Below, one piece after another: positions 9,490-18,529 of a DNA stretch of 32,000 nucleotides. The translations under genes and the position numbers were made by a program. Positions within the stretch are counted from its first letter, which is position 1. The number at the start of each line of letters is the position of its first letter. The notes beneath the pieces were generated by a model. It saw only the letters and a list, made by a program, of their open reading frames with translations. It was not told the DNA's origin and did no database searches. The DNA is from an uncultured Erysipelotrichaceae bacterium (GTDB taxonomy: Bacteria > Bacillota_I > Bacilli_A > Erysipelotrichales > Erysipelotrichaceae), in the NCBI GenBank assembly GCA_942493105.1, contig OW818668.1:1560001-1592000 (forward strand), given 5' to 3'.

Positions 9490-9954
9490 ATGGAACTTCG
9501 AAACATCGAAAACCTGATTTCACCTCTTCTGCTTGAAGAAAAAGTCCGTTTGGTAGAACTCAAATGGATCACGGATCAAAAAACTCGTATTCTTCAAATT
9601 GCCATCATGCATCCAGATGGCTCAATGGATCTTGAGACCTGTTCAAGGGTGTCTGAGAAAATATCGGAAATCTTGGATACAACAGATTTATTGAATACGG
9701 ACTATTATTTGGAAGTCTGTTCTCCAGGTGCTGAAAGAGTGCTTAAAACAAACGAAGATATCCTGATATCGATTGGTGGAAATGTACATCTGACATTGAT
9801 CCATCCGATCGAGAAAAGCCTTGAGCATGAAGGGACCTTACTCGATTATGATGGCACCAAAGGTCATCTCGAGATTTCTTATAAAACACGTAAAAAAATC
9901 ATAGAATTTACTTCAGACAACATTCTCAAATTACGCTTGGCCGTAAAGTTATAA
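9490..9954 (+). CDS. rimP: Ribosome maturation factor RimP
   Basis: 154 aa. Strong RBS AAGGAG. RimP-like sequence (YYLEVCSPGAERVLK) and conserved position upstream of nusA. Confidence 0.9.
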   Translation: MELRNIENLISPLLLEEKVRLVELKWITDQKTRILQIAIMHPDGSMDLETCSRVSEKISEILDTTDLLNTDYYLEVCSPGAERVLKTNEDILISIGGNVHLTLIHPIEKSLEHEGTLLDYDGTKGHLEISYKTRKKIIEFTSDNILKLRLAVKL

Positions 9955-9964
9955 GGAGCACCCC

Positions 9965-11530
9965 ATGAATGTAAAAGAATTTATTGAAGCCTTAGCTGGC
10001 ATCGAAAACAGAAAACTACCCAAAGAAATCGTCATTGAAGCTTTAAAAGAAGCCCTTAGCAAGGCTTATAAAAAACATATTGAGATTCCTGATGCCTTAG
10101 TCAGGGTCGATATCGATGAGAAAACAGGCGAATTGAACGTTTATCAGCAATACAACGTCGTTGAAGAAGTCGACGATGATGAATTGGAGATTTCATTGGC
10201 TGATGCTCAGCAAACCCAAGCAGACATTCAAGTCGGAGACCTTTTCAATGTTAAGAAATCGATCGATGATTTAGGAAGAGCAGCCGCTATTTTAGCCAAG
10301 AACGTTTTAAAACAAAAAATCAGGGAAGCTGAAAAACAATCCGTTTATGATGAATACATTGATAAAAAAGATGAGATGGTCATTGGGATCATTGAATCCG
10401 TTGAAGAAAAATTCGTCGTTGTCAATTTAGGCAAGACTTTGGCGATGATGCCTAAAGCTGCTCAAATCCCCGGAGAGAATTATAAAGATGGCCAGAAGAT
10501 TCGTTTGGTCATCACTGAAGTTACCAAAGAAACCAAAGGGGCTCAGGTTTTAGTATCCAGAGCCGATGCTAAACTGGTCAAACGTTTATTTGAAAAAGAA
10601 GTCCCTGAAATCTATCAGGGCATCGTTGAAATCAAAGCCATTGCCCGTGAAGCCGGTGAACGTACTAAAATGGCCGTTCATTCAAAACGTGAAGACGTTG
10701 ATGCGATTGGAGCCTGTATCGGTCCGCGTGGATCACGTGTACAAGTGGTCATCCAAGAATTAGGTAACGAAAAAATAGATATCTTCGAATGGAGTGAAAA
10801 CACCGTCGAACTGATCAAAAACTCATTAAGTCCAGCTCAAATCATCGGTGTCTTACAGACCCGTGAAAGAAAAGGTTTGTTGGTTGTTGTTGAAGACAAT
10901 CAATTATCTTTAGCAATCGGCAAAAAAGGTAAAAATGCCCGTTTGGCCGTTCGCTTGACTGGTCAACGAATCGATATCAAATCTCGGACTGAGATGGATA
11001 AACTTGATTATGATTGGAAACAAGCCATCCAAGATTATGCCTTTGAAGTTCAAGCCGCAATATTAGAAAAAGCAGCCAAGAAAGCTGAAGAAGATCGTGC
11101 GAAACAACGCGCCGAAGCTGAAGCCATTGCAGCCGAAAAAGCCCTTAGAGAACCTGAACCGATCATTGAGGTGGTTCATGAACCTAAAGATGAACCTGTC
11201 GTTAAAGCTGAACCTGTTAAAGTTAAAAAGGTCAAGAAACCTTTGGAACGCAAGACAGAATATGTATCTAAGTTTGAAACTTTAGCAGAAGCTGCCAAAC
11301 CTACTCCAAAAGTTGAAGCAGTGGTCAAGCGCAGACCTTCTAAGAAAGAAGAGGAAGAACGTAAACTTCGTTCTGCCGATATCCGTAAGGATAAAGATTA
11401 TGAGATCAAGATCGAATATACACCAGAAGAACTGGCTGAAATCGAAAAATTGAATCAACAAGTTGAACCTGTATTTGATGAGGACATCGATTACGATCAG
11501 TACGATGAATTCTACGAAGACGAGGAATAA
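9965..11530 (+). CDS. nusA: Transcription termination/antitermination factor NusA with a long charged C-terminal extension
   Basis: 521 aa. RBS AAGGAGC. N-terminal domain, S1 and KH1/KH2 (GACIGPRGSRVQ, LAIGKKGKNARLA). From about aa 350 there is a Lys/Glu/Ala/Pro-rich low-complexity tail ending in an acidic DEDIDYDQYDEFYEDEE. Confidence 0.95.
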   Translation: MNVKEFIEALAGIENRKLPKEIVIEALKEALSKAYKKHIEIPDALVRVDIDEKTGELNVYQQYNVVEEVDDDELEISLADAQQTQADIQVGDLFNVKKSIDDLGRAAAILAKNVLKQKIREAEKQSVYDEYIDKKDEMVIGIIESVEEKFVVVNLGKTLAMMPKAAQIPGENYKDGQKIRLVITEVTKETKGAQVLVSRADAKLVKRLFEKEVPEIYQGIVEIKAIAREAGERTKMAVHSKREDVDAIGACIGPRGSRVQVVIQELGNEKIDIFEWSENTVELIKNSLSPAQIIGVLQTRERKGLLVVVEDNQLSLAIGKKGKNARLAVRLTGQRIDIKSRTEMDKLDYDWKQAIQDYAFEVQAAILEKAAKKAEEDRAKQRAEAEAIAAEKALREPEPIIEVVHEPKDEPVVKAEPVKVKKVKKPLERKTEYVSKFETLAEAAKPTPKVEAVVKRRPSKKEEEERKLRSADIRKDKDYEIKIEYTPEELAEIEKLNQQVEPVFDEDIDYDQYDEFYEDEE

Positions 11531-11547
11531 GCGAAAGAAGGTGGCGT

Positions 11548-11805
11548 GTGAAAAAAATCCCCATGCGGCGCTGTGTGGCTACTTTAGTCCAAGTGCCTAA
11601 GAAGGAACTGCTGAGAATCGTGCGAAGCCCAGAAGGGGTCGTAAAAGTCGATCTTAGCGGTAAAGCCAACGGCAGAGGTGCTTATTTAGCCAAAACCAAA
11701 GAAGCACTAGAAATCGCCATGAAGAAAGGCGCATTAGCCCGTGCTTTAGAATGTGAGATCCCTTTAAGTGTCTATGACGAGATCAAAAGGTTGATCGGTG
11801 AATAG
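11548..11805 (+). CDS. ylxR: YlxR/RnpM family (DUF448) RNA-binding protein
   Basis: 85 aa with a GTG start after RBS GAAGGTGG. KKIPMRRCV...GRGAYL motif as in B. subtilis YlxR. Conserved position between nusA and infB. Confidence 0.85.
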   Translation: MKKIPMRRCVATLVQVPKKELLRIVRSPEGVVKVDLSGKANGRGAYLAKTKEALEIAMKKGALARALECEIPLSVYDEIKRLIGE

Positions 11806-12094
11806 CAGTTCACTACAATTTTTAGGCCTGGTTAAAAAAGCCGGTGCCGTCGTTTATGGAGACGCTCTGATGGAGTCGATCCGAAATAAAAAAGTATATG
11901 TTGTCCTTTTGAGTGATCGCGCATCAGAACGGACAAAAAAGCAGATCAAAGACAAGTGTGCTTTCTATCAGATACGGTTGTTTGAGGATGTTCCAGGTGA
12001 AGTGTTTACTGATTTTAGCGGTAAAACAGTTGCAGCCTTTGGGATCGACAATCAAAAGATGGCCAGTAAAATTGTGCGTGATGAAAAGAGGTAA
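11798..12094 (+). CDS. ylxQ: L7Ae-family RNA-binding protein YlxQ
   Basis: 98 aa with a GTG start overlapping the ylxR end by 8 nt. [35 protein letters not shown] resembles B. subtilis YlxQ. Confidence 0.8.
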   Translation: MNSSSLQFLGLVKKAGAVVYGDALMESIRNKKVYVVLLSDRASERTKKQIKDKCAFYQIRLFEDVPGEVFTDFSGKTVAAFGIDNQKMASKIVRDEKR

Positions 12095-12099
12095 ACAGT

Positions 12100-13920
12100 A
12101 TGGCTAGACCCGTAAGAAGAAATTTTAGAAGTTCAAAAGACAGTAAACCGCAAGTTCGGGTGAAACAAGAAATTGTAAGTTCGATCGTGTATGAAGAGGG
12201 GATCACCGTCCATCAATTGGCCGATAAGATCAACAAACAATCCAGCGACATCATCAAACTGTTGTTTCTGTTGGGTAAGGTCGTTACGATCAATACCAGT
12301 TTAGATGAAGAAACGATCCAATTGGTCTGTATGGAATATAACATCGAAGCTAAAAAAGAAGTCATCGTCGATGTTGATTCTCTTGAAGAAGATATTGTAG
12401 AAGGGGAAGTTTTAACTGAACGTGCTCCTGTTGTCACCATCATGGGTCATGTTGATCATGGTAAAACAACTTTATTAGATACCATTCGTAAAACTAAAGT
12501 CGTCGATGGAGAATTTGGTGGGATAACTCAGCATATTGGAGCCTATCAAGTCATCGTCAATGGCCGTAAAGTCACATTCTTAGATACACCAGGCCACGAA
12601 GCTTTTACTTCTATGCGTGCTCGAGGTGCTAAAGTCACCGATATTTCAATCATTGTGGTTGCAGCCGATGATGGGGTCATGCCTCAAACAAAAGAAGCCG
12701 TAGATCATGCTAAAGCAGCGGGTTGTCCAATCATCGTAGCCATCAATAAAGTAGATAAGCCAGGTGCTAATTTTGAACGAATCTACAATCAGTTGGCTGA
12801 TTTAGGTTTAACCCCTGAAGAATGGGGCGGAGAAACGATCTTCGTCAAATGTTCTGCGAAGACAGGAGAAGGCATTCAGTTACTTTTGGAAACGATTCTG
12901 ATTGTTGCGGATGTTAATGAGTTAAAGGCCAATCCAAAGCGCTTGGCTTCAGGAACAGTCATAGAAGCAAAATTAGACAAAGGCCGTGGTCCTGTTACCA
13001 CAGTTTTAGTTCAAAACGGAACATTAAGGACCGGTGACATTTTAGTAGCTGGTGCAAGTTTTGGTAAAGTTAGACGGATGGCCGATGATAAAGGTCGCGA
13101 AATCAAAGAAGCCTTGCCTTCAACTCCGGTTGAAATCATTGGTTTAGGTGATGTGCCTGTCGCAGGCGATATTTTTAAAGTTTTTGACAGTGAAAAGAAA
13201 GCCCGTGATGTTGCGGATCACAGATCACAAGTTAAGATTGAAAGCGAACGCAGAAGTTCTTCTGCCGTTTCACTTGAAGAATTATCAAAACGAGTTGAAG
13301 ATGGACTGATTCAAGAAATACAAGTTATCATCAAAGCTGACGTACAAGGTTCAGCTGAAGCCGTTAGACAAGCATTAGAAAGAATGGAAGTCGGTAATGT
13401 TAAAATCAATGTCATTCGTTCTACAGTAGGCGGAATCACAGAAAGCGATGTTATGTTAGCTTCAGCATCACATGCAATCATCATTGGTTTCAATGTCAGA
13501 CCTAATGCCGATATTCGTAAGAAGGCTGAAGAAGAAGGCATAGAGATTCGTTTACACAACATCATCTACAAAGTTATCGAAGAACTGGAAGCTGCCATGA
13601 AAGGCATGCTTGCCCCAGTCTATAAAGAAGAAGTCTTAGGCCAAGCAACAGTGAGACAAACCTTCAAAGTTTCAAAGGTTGGCACGATTGCGGGATGTAT
13701 GGTCACAGATGGTAAAATCACCAGAAGTGCCAAAGTCCGTATCATTCGTGATGGTAAAGTTGTTTATACCAGTTCTATCAGTTCTTTAAAGCGTTTCCAA
13801 AACGATGCGAAAGAAGTGGCTGCCGGATATGAATGTGGCATCACCATCGAATCATTCAATGATTTAAAGGAAAACGATTTGATTGAAGCTTACGATGATA
13901 AGATCATCGTAGAGGAATAA
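12100..13920 (+). CDS. infB: Translation initiation factor IF-2 (short N-terminus form)
   Basis: 606 aa. G-domain motifs [19 protein letters not shown]-terminal IF2 domains. Confidence 0.95.
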   Translation: MARPVRRNFRSSKDSKPQVRVKQEIVSSIVYEEGITVHQLADKINKQSSDIIKLLFLLGKVVTINTSLDEETIQLVCMEYNIEAKKEVIVDVDSLEEDIVEGEVLTERAPVVTIMGHVDHGKTTLLDTIRKTKVVDGEFGGITQHIGAYQVIVNGRKVTFLDTPGHEAFTSMRARGAKVTDISIIVVAADDGVMPQTKEAVDHAKAAGCPIIVAINKVDKPGANFERIYNQLADLGLTPEEWGGETIFVKCSAKTGEGIQLLLETILIVADVNELKANPKRLASGTVIEAKLDKGRGPVTTVLVQNGTLRTGDILVAGASFGKVRRMADDKGREIKEALPSTPVEIIGLGDVPVAGDIFKVFDSEKKARDVADHRSQVKIESERRSSSAVSLEELSKRVEDGLIQEIQVIIKADVQGSAEAVRQALERMEVGNVKINVIRSTVGGITESDVMLASASHAIIIGFNVRPNADIRKKAEEEGIEIRLHNIIYKVIEELEAAMKGMLAPVYKEEVLGQATVRQTFKVSKVGTIAGCMVTDGKITRSAKVRIIRDGKVVYTSSISSLKRFQNDAKEVAAGYECGITIESFNDLKENDLIEAYDDKIIVEE

Positions 13921-13921
13921 T

Positions 13922-14257
13922 ATGGGCATCAAACACCAAAGAATTGGCGCACTGATCGTCAAAGAAATCTCACAGATGATTCAAACAGAAATGGACGATC
14001 CTAAAGTAGGATTTGTTACACTCTTGGATTGTGAGGTTACCAATGATTATTCTTATGCTAAGGTGTTTGTCACGTTTCTGGGTTCAGGCAATAATGATGA
14101 ACGTTTGGAAGCTTTAAGTAAACATGCGAAATACTTTAGAATGGAACTTGGGAAAAGAATCATGATCCGTAAGATTCCTCAAATCGTCTTTGTGATTGAT
14201 GCGACCTATGAAAAAGGGAAGCGTATCGACGATATCTTAAAAGAACTTAAAAAATAA
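13922..14257 (+). CDS. rbfA: Ribosome-binding factor A
   Basis: 111 aa. RBS GAGGA. RbfA-like sequence (VTLLDCEVTNDYSYAKVFV) and conserved position after infB. Confidence 0.9.
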   Translation: MGIKHQRIGALIVKEISQMIQTEMDDPKVGFVTLLDCEVTNDYSYAKVFVTFLGSGNNDERLEALSKHAKYFRMELGKRIMIRKIPQIVFVIDATYEKGKRIDDILKELKK

Positions 14258-14280
14258 GACTAACCTAGTCTTATTTTTTT
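14255..14280. terminator. Bidirectional intrinsic terminator shared by rbfA (+) and the radical SAM gene (-)
   Basis: TAAGACTA-ACC-TAGTCTTA followed by TTTTTTT on the + strand and flanked by an A-run (T-run on the - strand). It overlaps the last codons of the convergent CDS. Confidence 0.7.
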
Positions 14281-15099
14281 ATGTTTCAAGTGATACGTAC
14301 AATGCTGACACAAAGGCTCTACCAGCCTATTACAAGTCAATCCTTGAATGAATGAGAGATATCTAGGACTTTGTATCAGATCAGAAAATGAAGTGGTATG
14401 GATGTTACCTAAGACGATGTCACCATCATTATCTAAGCAGCAAGGTGTAACTGTTCCGTCAACTAAAATTCCCATCATTTTAAGTCCACCATAACATGAA
14501 CCAGTTAAACCAATGAATTCTTGGTCTAAACTAGGCCAAGTAAAGACTTTATCGAAATCTAAAGTGATATTTTTACTGATTTTGATTCTGTGTTTGGCTG
14601 GCTCATATTGAATCTCTGTGTTAAGAATTTTGCTTAACCAATTGATGATTTCGAAGTTATTTTCATTCCAAACCCTTAAAAATAGGGCAAAATAAGAAGC
14701 TTTACTTCGCATAATGATATTTTCTATGGACTTTAGGTAACTTTCGTGTTTTTCAGCATTCATATTCTGAACACTGTGTAATGAGATGGATAACTGAGCC
14801 AATGCAGGATGCACCAACAGATCGAAATCTAGTTGATCAAGAAGAGTTCCATTGGTTACTAAATGAACTTTCAGATGATATTGATTCGCAAGATCCATAA
14901 ATTGTTTTAATTGGGGATGAAGAGTAGGTTCACCTTTGACATGTAGGTAGATGTGTTGGGTATGATCTTTAATTTCATTGAGGATGTGTTCAAACTCTGA
15001 CACACTCATGAATTGAGTATTACGTTGTGTAGGCAAACAAAAAGTACAGTTTAGATTACAAACATTCGTGATTTCAATGTAGATTCTTTGGTAAGACAT
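14260..15099 (-). CDS. Radical SAM protein with a C-terminal SPASM/twitch-like Cys-rich domain, function unknown
   Basis: 279 aa. CX3CX2C at C14/C18/C21 (CNLNCTFC) and a GGEP-like VKGEPTLHP. Six Cys in the last ~80 aa (GSCYGG, TPCCLD, TCNRLVEPLCQHC). Confidence 0.85.
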   Translation of the reverse strand: MSYQRIYIEITNVCNLNCTFCLPTQRNTQFMSVSEFEHILNEIKDHTQHIYLHVKGEPTLHPQLKQFMDLANQYHLKVHLVTNGTLLDQLDFDLLVHPALAQLSISLHSVQNMNAEKHESYLKSIENIIMRSKASYFALFLRVWNENNFEIINWLSKILNTEIQYEPAKHRIKISKNITLDFDKVFTWPSLDQEFIGLTGSCYGGLKMMGILVDGTVTPCCLDNDGDIVLGNIHTTSFSDLIQSPRYLSFIQGLTCNRLVEPLCQHCTYHLKHKKIRLG

Positions 15100-15105
15100 G
15101 TCGAT

Positions 15106-15114
15106 ATTGTATCA
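15106..15114 (-). promoter_or_regulatory. Extended -10 promoter (TGaTACAAT), 6 nt upstream of the radical SAM ATG
   Basis: The minus strand reads TTAATGTGATACAATATCGAC-ATG. The hexamer TACAAT is at 15111-15106. There is no SD, so a leaderless transcript is predicted. Confidence 0.45.
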
Positions 15115-15118
15115 CATT

Positions 15119-15144
15119 AAAAAATAACACCCTAGAGTGTTATT
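15119..15144 (-). terminator. Intrinsic terminator of the L-box ABC operon
   Basis: Minus strand AATAACAC-TCTAGG-GTGTTATT followed by TTTTAA. The 5' arm overlaps the ATPase stop codon. Confidence 0.65.
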
Positions 15145-15868
15145 GGATAAAGCGAGAAAGGAATTCTTGAGTACGGGTTTGAGTCGGATGATTAAAGATG
15201 ACTTCAGGACTTCCTTCTTCACAGATGATGCCTTGATCCATAAAGATAACGCGATCCGAGACTTCTTTTGCGAAGGACATTTCATGAGTCACGATGATCA
15301 TGGTTCGATGTTCTTTAGCTAAATTTTTGATGACTTGCAGTACTTCACCTACCATTTCCGGATCTAGAGCACTTGTGGGTTCATCAAACAACATGACTTT
15401 AGGTTCCATGCATAAAGTTCGGGCAATGGCGACGCGTTGTTTCTGACCTCCGGAAAGTGTCGATACAGAGGCATTGATGAAGTTGCTTAATCCAACACGA
15501 TCCAGCGTTGTTGTAGCGAGTTCAATTGCTTCAGTTTTAGATTTCTTTAGGACTTTGACTTGTCCTATGACACAATTGTCCAGAACTGATAAATTATTAA
15601 ATAAGTTAAAAGACTGAAAGATCATACCGACATGAGTACGATAAGTATTTAATCCTCCAGGATACTTTAAGATATTGTGACCTTCAAATAAGATATCTCC
15701 GGCTTGATAGTGTTCAAGCAGATTGATGCATCTTAAAAGAGTGCTTTTACCACTGCCTGAAGAACCAATGATACTGACGACTTCACCTTCATTGATGGTC
15801 ATACTGATGTCTTTTAAAACAGTTGTTTTTCCAAAGAGTTTCTTTAAGTTTTTAATTTCGATCAACAT
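15140..15868 (-). CDS. Polar amino-acid ABC transporter, ATP-binding protein (GlnQ/ArtR-like)
   Basis: 242 aa. Walker [10 protein letters not shown], signature [13 protein letters not shown], Walker [12 protein letters not shown]. Confidence 0.9.
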   Translation of the reverse strand: MLIEIKNLKKLFGKTTVLKDISMTINEGEVVSIIGSSGSGKSTLLRCINLLEHYQAGDILFEGHNILKYPGGLNTYRTHVGMIFQSFNLFNNLSVLDNCVIGQVKVLKKSKTEAIELATTTLDRVGLSNFINASVSTLSGGQKQRVAIARTLCMEPKVMLFDEPTSALDPEMVGEVLQVIKNLAKEHRTMIIVTHEMSFAKEVSDRVIFMDQGIICEEGSPEVIFNHPTQTRTQEFLSRFIQ

Positions 15869-15870
15869 GG

Positions 15871-16680
15871 TTATACCTTTGATCCCTTACTATAATGGGT
15901 CACTAAAATGGGAGTAGAAGTACTGGAAGGACCTCCTGATACCGGCATATCCATCTTGCGTTCAATGATTTTCAATATGGTGGTAGTTGAATAAGTCAGG
16001 ATCAAATAGATGATGGCAGCCACGAAAAAGGCTTCTGTGACCTTATATGTCGTTCCCGCTACCGTGTTGGCTTGAAAGAAAAGCTCGGTGATCCCAATGA
16101 CGTTGAGTACAGAAGTATCTTTGATGTTGACGACGAATTCATTGCCGATGGCAGGGAAGGCATTCTTAATGGCTTGAGGCAATATGATATAGACCATGGT
16201 TTGAAAGTTATTCATTCCAATCGAACGTGCTGCTTCATTTTGTCCTTTATCCAAAGACTGAATCCCTGCACGAATGATTTCAGCCATATAAGCACCAGTA
16301 TTGATCGATACGATCACGATACCAGCGGTTAGTTTATAACTGCCCAAGAGCGGAAACAACCTCCATGTGTCAAGAAATGCATAATAAATAAACATGGCTT
16401 GAACCATCATGGGGGTTCCTCTAAAGACTTCAACATAAACAGCACTGAAGAATTTAACAACTTTGATCAGAACCTTTTTCCATAAAGGATCATCCATTAC
16501 AATAGGTATTGATTTCAATATGCCAACACCTAATCCCAAGAATATTCCAATGACAGTTGAAGTCAATGCGATCAATAAGGTATTGCGTATACCAAACAGG
16601 AAAAGAGAGGCGTATTTATCTGCGAGATAAACCGCCGCTCCGAATAAATCATTGGGGATTTGACTACTTAAGAACAACAT
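15871..16680 (-). CDS. Polar amino-acid ABC transporter permease (HisM/GlnP family)
   Basis: 269 aa, multi-pass membrane protein. EAA-like loop ([27 protein letters not shown]). Its start overlaps the upstream SBP stop (TAATG). Confidence 0.9.
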   Translation of the reverse strand: MLFLSSQIPNDLFGAAVYLADKYASLFLFGIRNTLLIALTSTVIGIFLGLGVGILKSIPIVMDDPLWKKVLIKVVKFFSAVYVEVFRGTPMMVQAMFIYYAFLDTWRLFPLLGSYKLTAGIVIVSINTGAYMAEIIRAGIQSLDKGQNEAARSIGMNNFQTMVYIILPQAIKNAFPAIGNEFVVNIKDTSVLNVIGITELFFQANTVAGTTYKVTEAFFVAAIIYLILTYSTTTILKIIERKMDMPVSGGPSSTSTPILVTHYSKGSKV

Positions 16681-17492
16681 TATTCTGGCTTGCGATCAAT
16701 CGCATCCGCCATCCATTCAGAACGAGTTTCTTCGCTGATGGAAGCTAAGATGGTGTTGATGTCGGCAAGTAATTTTGTGTCTGTTTTTCTTAGAGCAACC
16801 GAAACAGTTGTTTCTTCAAAAGATGTGGTGAAACCTTGTCCAGCAGCAAATTGAATGATCTTTAGGTCTGGGTTGGTTGCGACGATGCTTAAAGCAACTG
16901 GATATTCAGTAACCATTGCATCTGCTTCACCAGCTTGTACCGCATTGACCAATAGGGCAGCTGAAGTCAAAGGAGTCAAATGATCAACATCTGTGATTTG
17001 ATCGATCAGATCATCATGGAAAGTTTCAAATTGAGCAATAACACTGGCTCCTGCGAATGCGGATAAGGTAGTTGCGGCTGCAAATGCTGAATTAGCCTTA
17101 ACAACTAAAACTAAATCAGAAGCATAATAGGGGGTACTGAAGGCAACAGAAGCTCTACGTTCTTCGGTATCAGTCATACCGGCAACGATGATGTCTATTT
17201 CTTTTTCAGTTAGAGCTGGAATCAATCCATCCCAACCGATTTTTTTGACAACGAGTTTCAAATTCAATTCATCTGCAATGGCTTGTGCGATCTGGATATC
17301 ATAACCATCACAGTAACCAGCGCCTTCTTCATCAATTTTAACAGAAAAGTCTGAATCGGCTTTGACTGTTGTCCAATTAAAAGGGGTATAGTTGCACTCT
17401 AATCCTACGATAAGGGTCTTCACAGCTGGTTTTGGTGCACATGCTGACAGTAACAGCAAAGCAAGGGTTAAACTGATCGTAATCTTTCTCAT
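16680..17492 (-). CDS. Amino-acid ABC transporter substrate-binding lipoprotein (family 3 SBP)
   Basis: Start set at ATG 17492 (MRKITISLTLALLLLSAC, lipobox LLSAC), preceded by RBS GGAGGA. The ORF-track start at 17543 lies inside the leader terminator. SBP_bac_3-like sequence. Confidence 0.85.
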   Translation of the reverse strand: MRKITISLTLALLLLSACAPKPAVKTLIVGLECNYTPFNWTTVKADSDFSVKIDEEGAGYCDGYDIQIAQAIADELNLKLVVKKIGWDGLIPALTEKEIDIIVAGMTDTEERRASVAFSTPYYASDLVLVVKANSAFAAATTLSAFAGASVIAQFETFHDDLIDQITDVDHLTPLTSAALLVNAVQAGEADAMVTEYPVALSIVATNPDLKIIQFAAGQGFTTSFEETTVSVALRKTDTKLLADINTILASISEETRSEWMADAIDRKPE

Positions 17493-17504
17493 TTCGTTCC
17501 TCCG

Positions 17505-17712
17505 AAAACAAAAGACCATGCTATCCACGGTCCCTTTTTTCAAAGTGATGTGTCATAGCGCCTCTGCATTGCTGCAGGAGTACAACGGATCTTATCCGTT
17601 ATCCCACATGAATCAGTTACCACTGTTCATGTTCGGCGGTGATTGCCTTTCCGTGAATTCTTAGCCTGTCGGCTCCTTCACGTACTCATCTGCACCGCTA
17701 CCTCTATAATCT
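17505..17712 (-). promoter_or_regulatory. Lysine riboswitch (L-box)-like leader with a terminator expression platform
   Basis: The minus strand carries AGAGGTAGCG...GATGAGTA...GGAAAGG...CCGCCGAA. Helices: P1 TTATAG/CTATGA, P2 GCGGTG/CACCGC, P2a CGTGAA/TTCACG, P2b AGCC/GGCT, P3 CATGAACAGT-GGTA-ACTGATTCATG, P4 AACGGAT-AAG-ATCCGTT, P5 CTGCA-GCAA-TGCAG. This is followed by GGGACCGTG-GATAG-CATGGTCTTTTGTTTT. Confidence 0.7.
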
Positions 17713-17726
17713 CTTGTATGGGTTAA

Positions 17727-17755
17727 AGAATAAACCATGCAAAAACGTTTGTCAA
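17727..17755 (-). promoter_or_regulatory. Promoter of the L-box ABC operon
   Basis: Minus strand TTGACA (17755-17750), 17-nt spacer, TATTCT (17732-17727). Confidence 0.45.
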
Positions 17756-17765
17756 CACTTTTTAT

Positions 17766-18494
17766 TTATCTTTTTTTTGGATTCCATAAACTTAATTGAT
17801 CTGGGTTATGTAACATTTTCAGAAAATTATCATGACTTTGAGGAAATTTTACATAAATTTCAGCTAACAATTCTTTCATATCTTGGCGTTTAGTAACGCC
17901 ATCCATAGGGCAACCAGAACGTATAACTGGGAGACCTAATTGTTTGGCTTGTGCAATGATTTGTGACTCTCTAACATATATAAATGGTCTCAAGAAAGTA
18001 ATTTGCGCTTCAGATAAAAACATTTTAGGATCGAAAGTATTTAGTTTACCACCATATATGGCGTTCAACATCAAGGTTTCAATAGCGTCGTCTGCATGAT
18101 GTGCAAAAGCAATTTTATTACATCCTCGTCGTTTGGCTTCAGCAATAACGGCTGCTTTTTTAAATTTTGAACATAATGAACAACGAATTCTGCCATCAGC
18201 TGTTTTATTAAGTTCTAGGATTTTTGCGACACTTGATTCTACTTGAAAAATTTCAATTCCTAAATCTTTAAAATAGTTTTCGACGGGATCAAATGAATCC
18301 CCATCAAAACCTAATTGGATATGAATCCCCAAAACATTAAATTGTTTACCAGACTTGATTTTATATTTATTCAAGGCATAAAGCAAAAGGGTAGAATCTT
18401 TTCCACCACTGATACCGACACCAATCACATCACCTTTTTCGATCATGTCATAATCATAGTCAGCATGTGAGATCTTTTGCAGAAGGAGTTTCAT
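17766..18494 (-). CDS. TtcA-family PP-loop ATPase (tRNA 2-thiolation-type enzyme)
   Basis: 242 aa. PP-loop SGGKDS, TtcA-like CSLCSKFKK motif, and a third Cys in SGCPMDG. Confidence 0.8.
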   Translation of the reverse strand: MKLLLQKISHADYDYDMIEKGDVIGVGISGGKDSTLLLYALNKYKIKSGKQFNVLGIHIQLGFDGDSFDPVENYFKDLGIEIFQVESSVAKILELNKTADGRIRCSLCSKFKKAAVIAEAKRRGCNKIAFAHHADDAIETLMLNAIYGGKLNTFDPKMFLSEAQITFLRPFIYVRESQIIAQAKQLGLPVIRSGCPMDGVTKRQDMKELLAEIYVKFPQSHDNFLKMLHNPDQLSLWNPKKR

Positions 18495-18521
18495 AGTACC
18501 TATAATCTTATCATAGAATCG

Positions 18522-18529
18522 TGTATAAT
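18522..18529 (+). promoter_or_regulatory. -10 element TGTATAAT, 7 nt upstream of the truB ATG
   Basis: TATAAT at 18524-18529 and ATG at 18537 with no SD. An alternative promoter is TTGCAG (18477-18482), 18-nt spacer, TATAAT (18501-18506). Confidence 0.4.

Noticed and set aside
11406-11669. 87-aa ORF antisense across the nusA/ylxR junction
   Set aside because: It overlaps two conserved genes on the opposite strand. Its Arg/Ser/Leu-rich translation is what the complement of a Glu/Lys-rich coding region produces. It has no start context.
17493-17543. N-terminal extension of the SBP ORF (ORF-track start at 17543). Similar extensions occur at 5029 (polC), 18477 (truB), 20566 (permease), 21224 (ATPase) and 23544 (xseA).
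   Set aside because: The extensions run through terminator hairpins, promoters or upstream genes. Downstream ATGs with proper RBS or coupling, and family-typical N-termini, are preferred.
17600-17625. CAGTGGTAACTG in the minus-strand leader looked like a degenerate T-box (GGTGGTACCGCG)
   Set aside because: No Stem I, specifier loop or AG bulge can be drawn around it. The segment fits better as the P3 hairpin of a lysine riboswitch.
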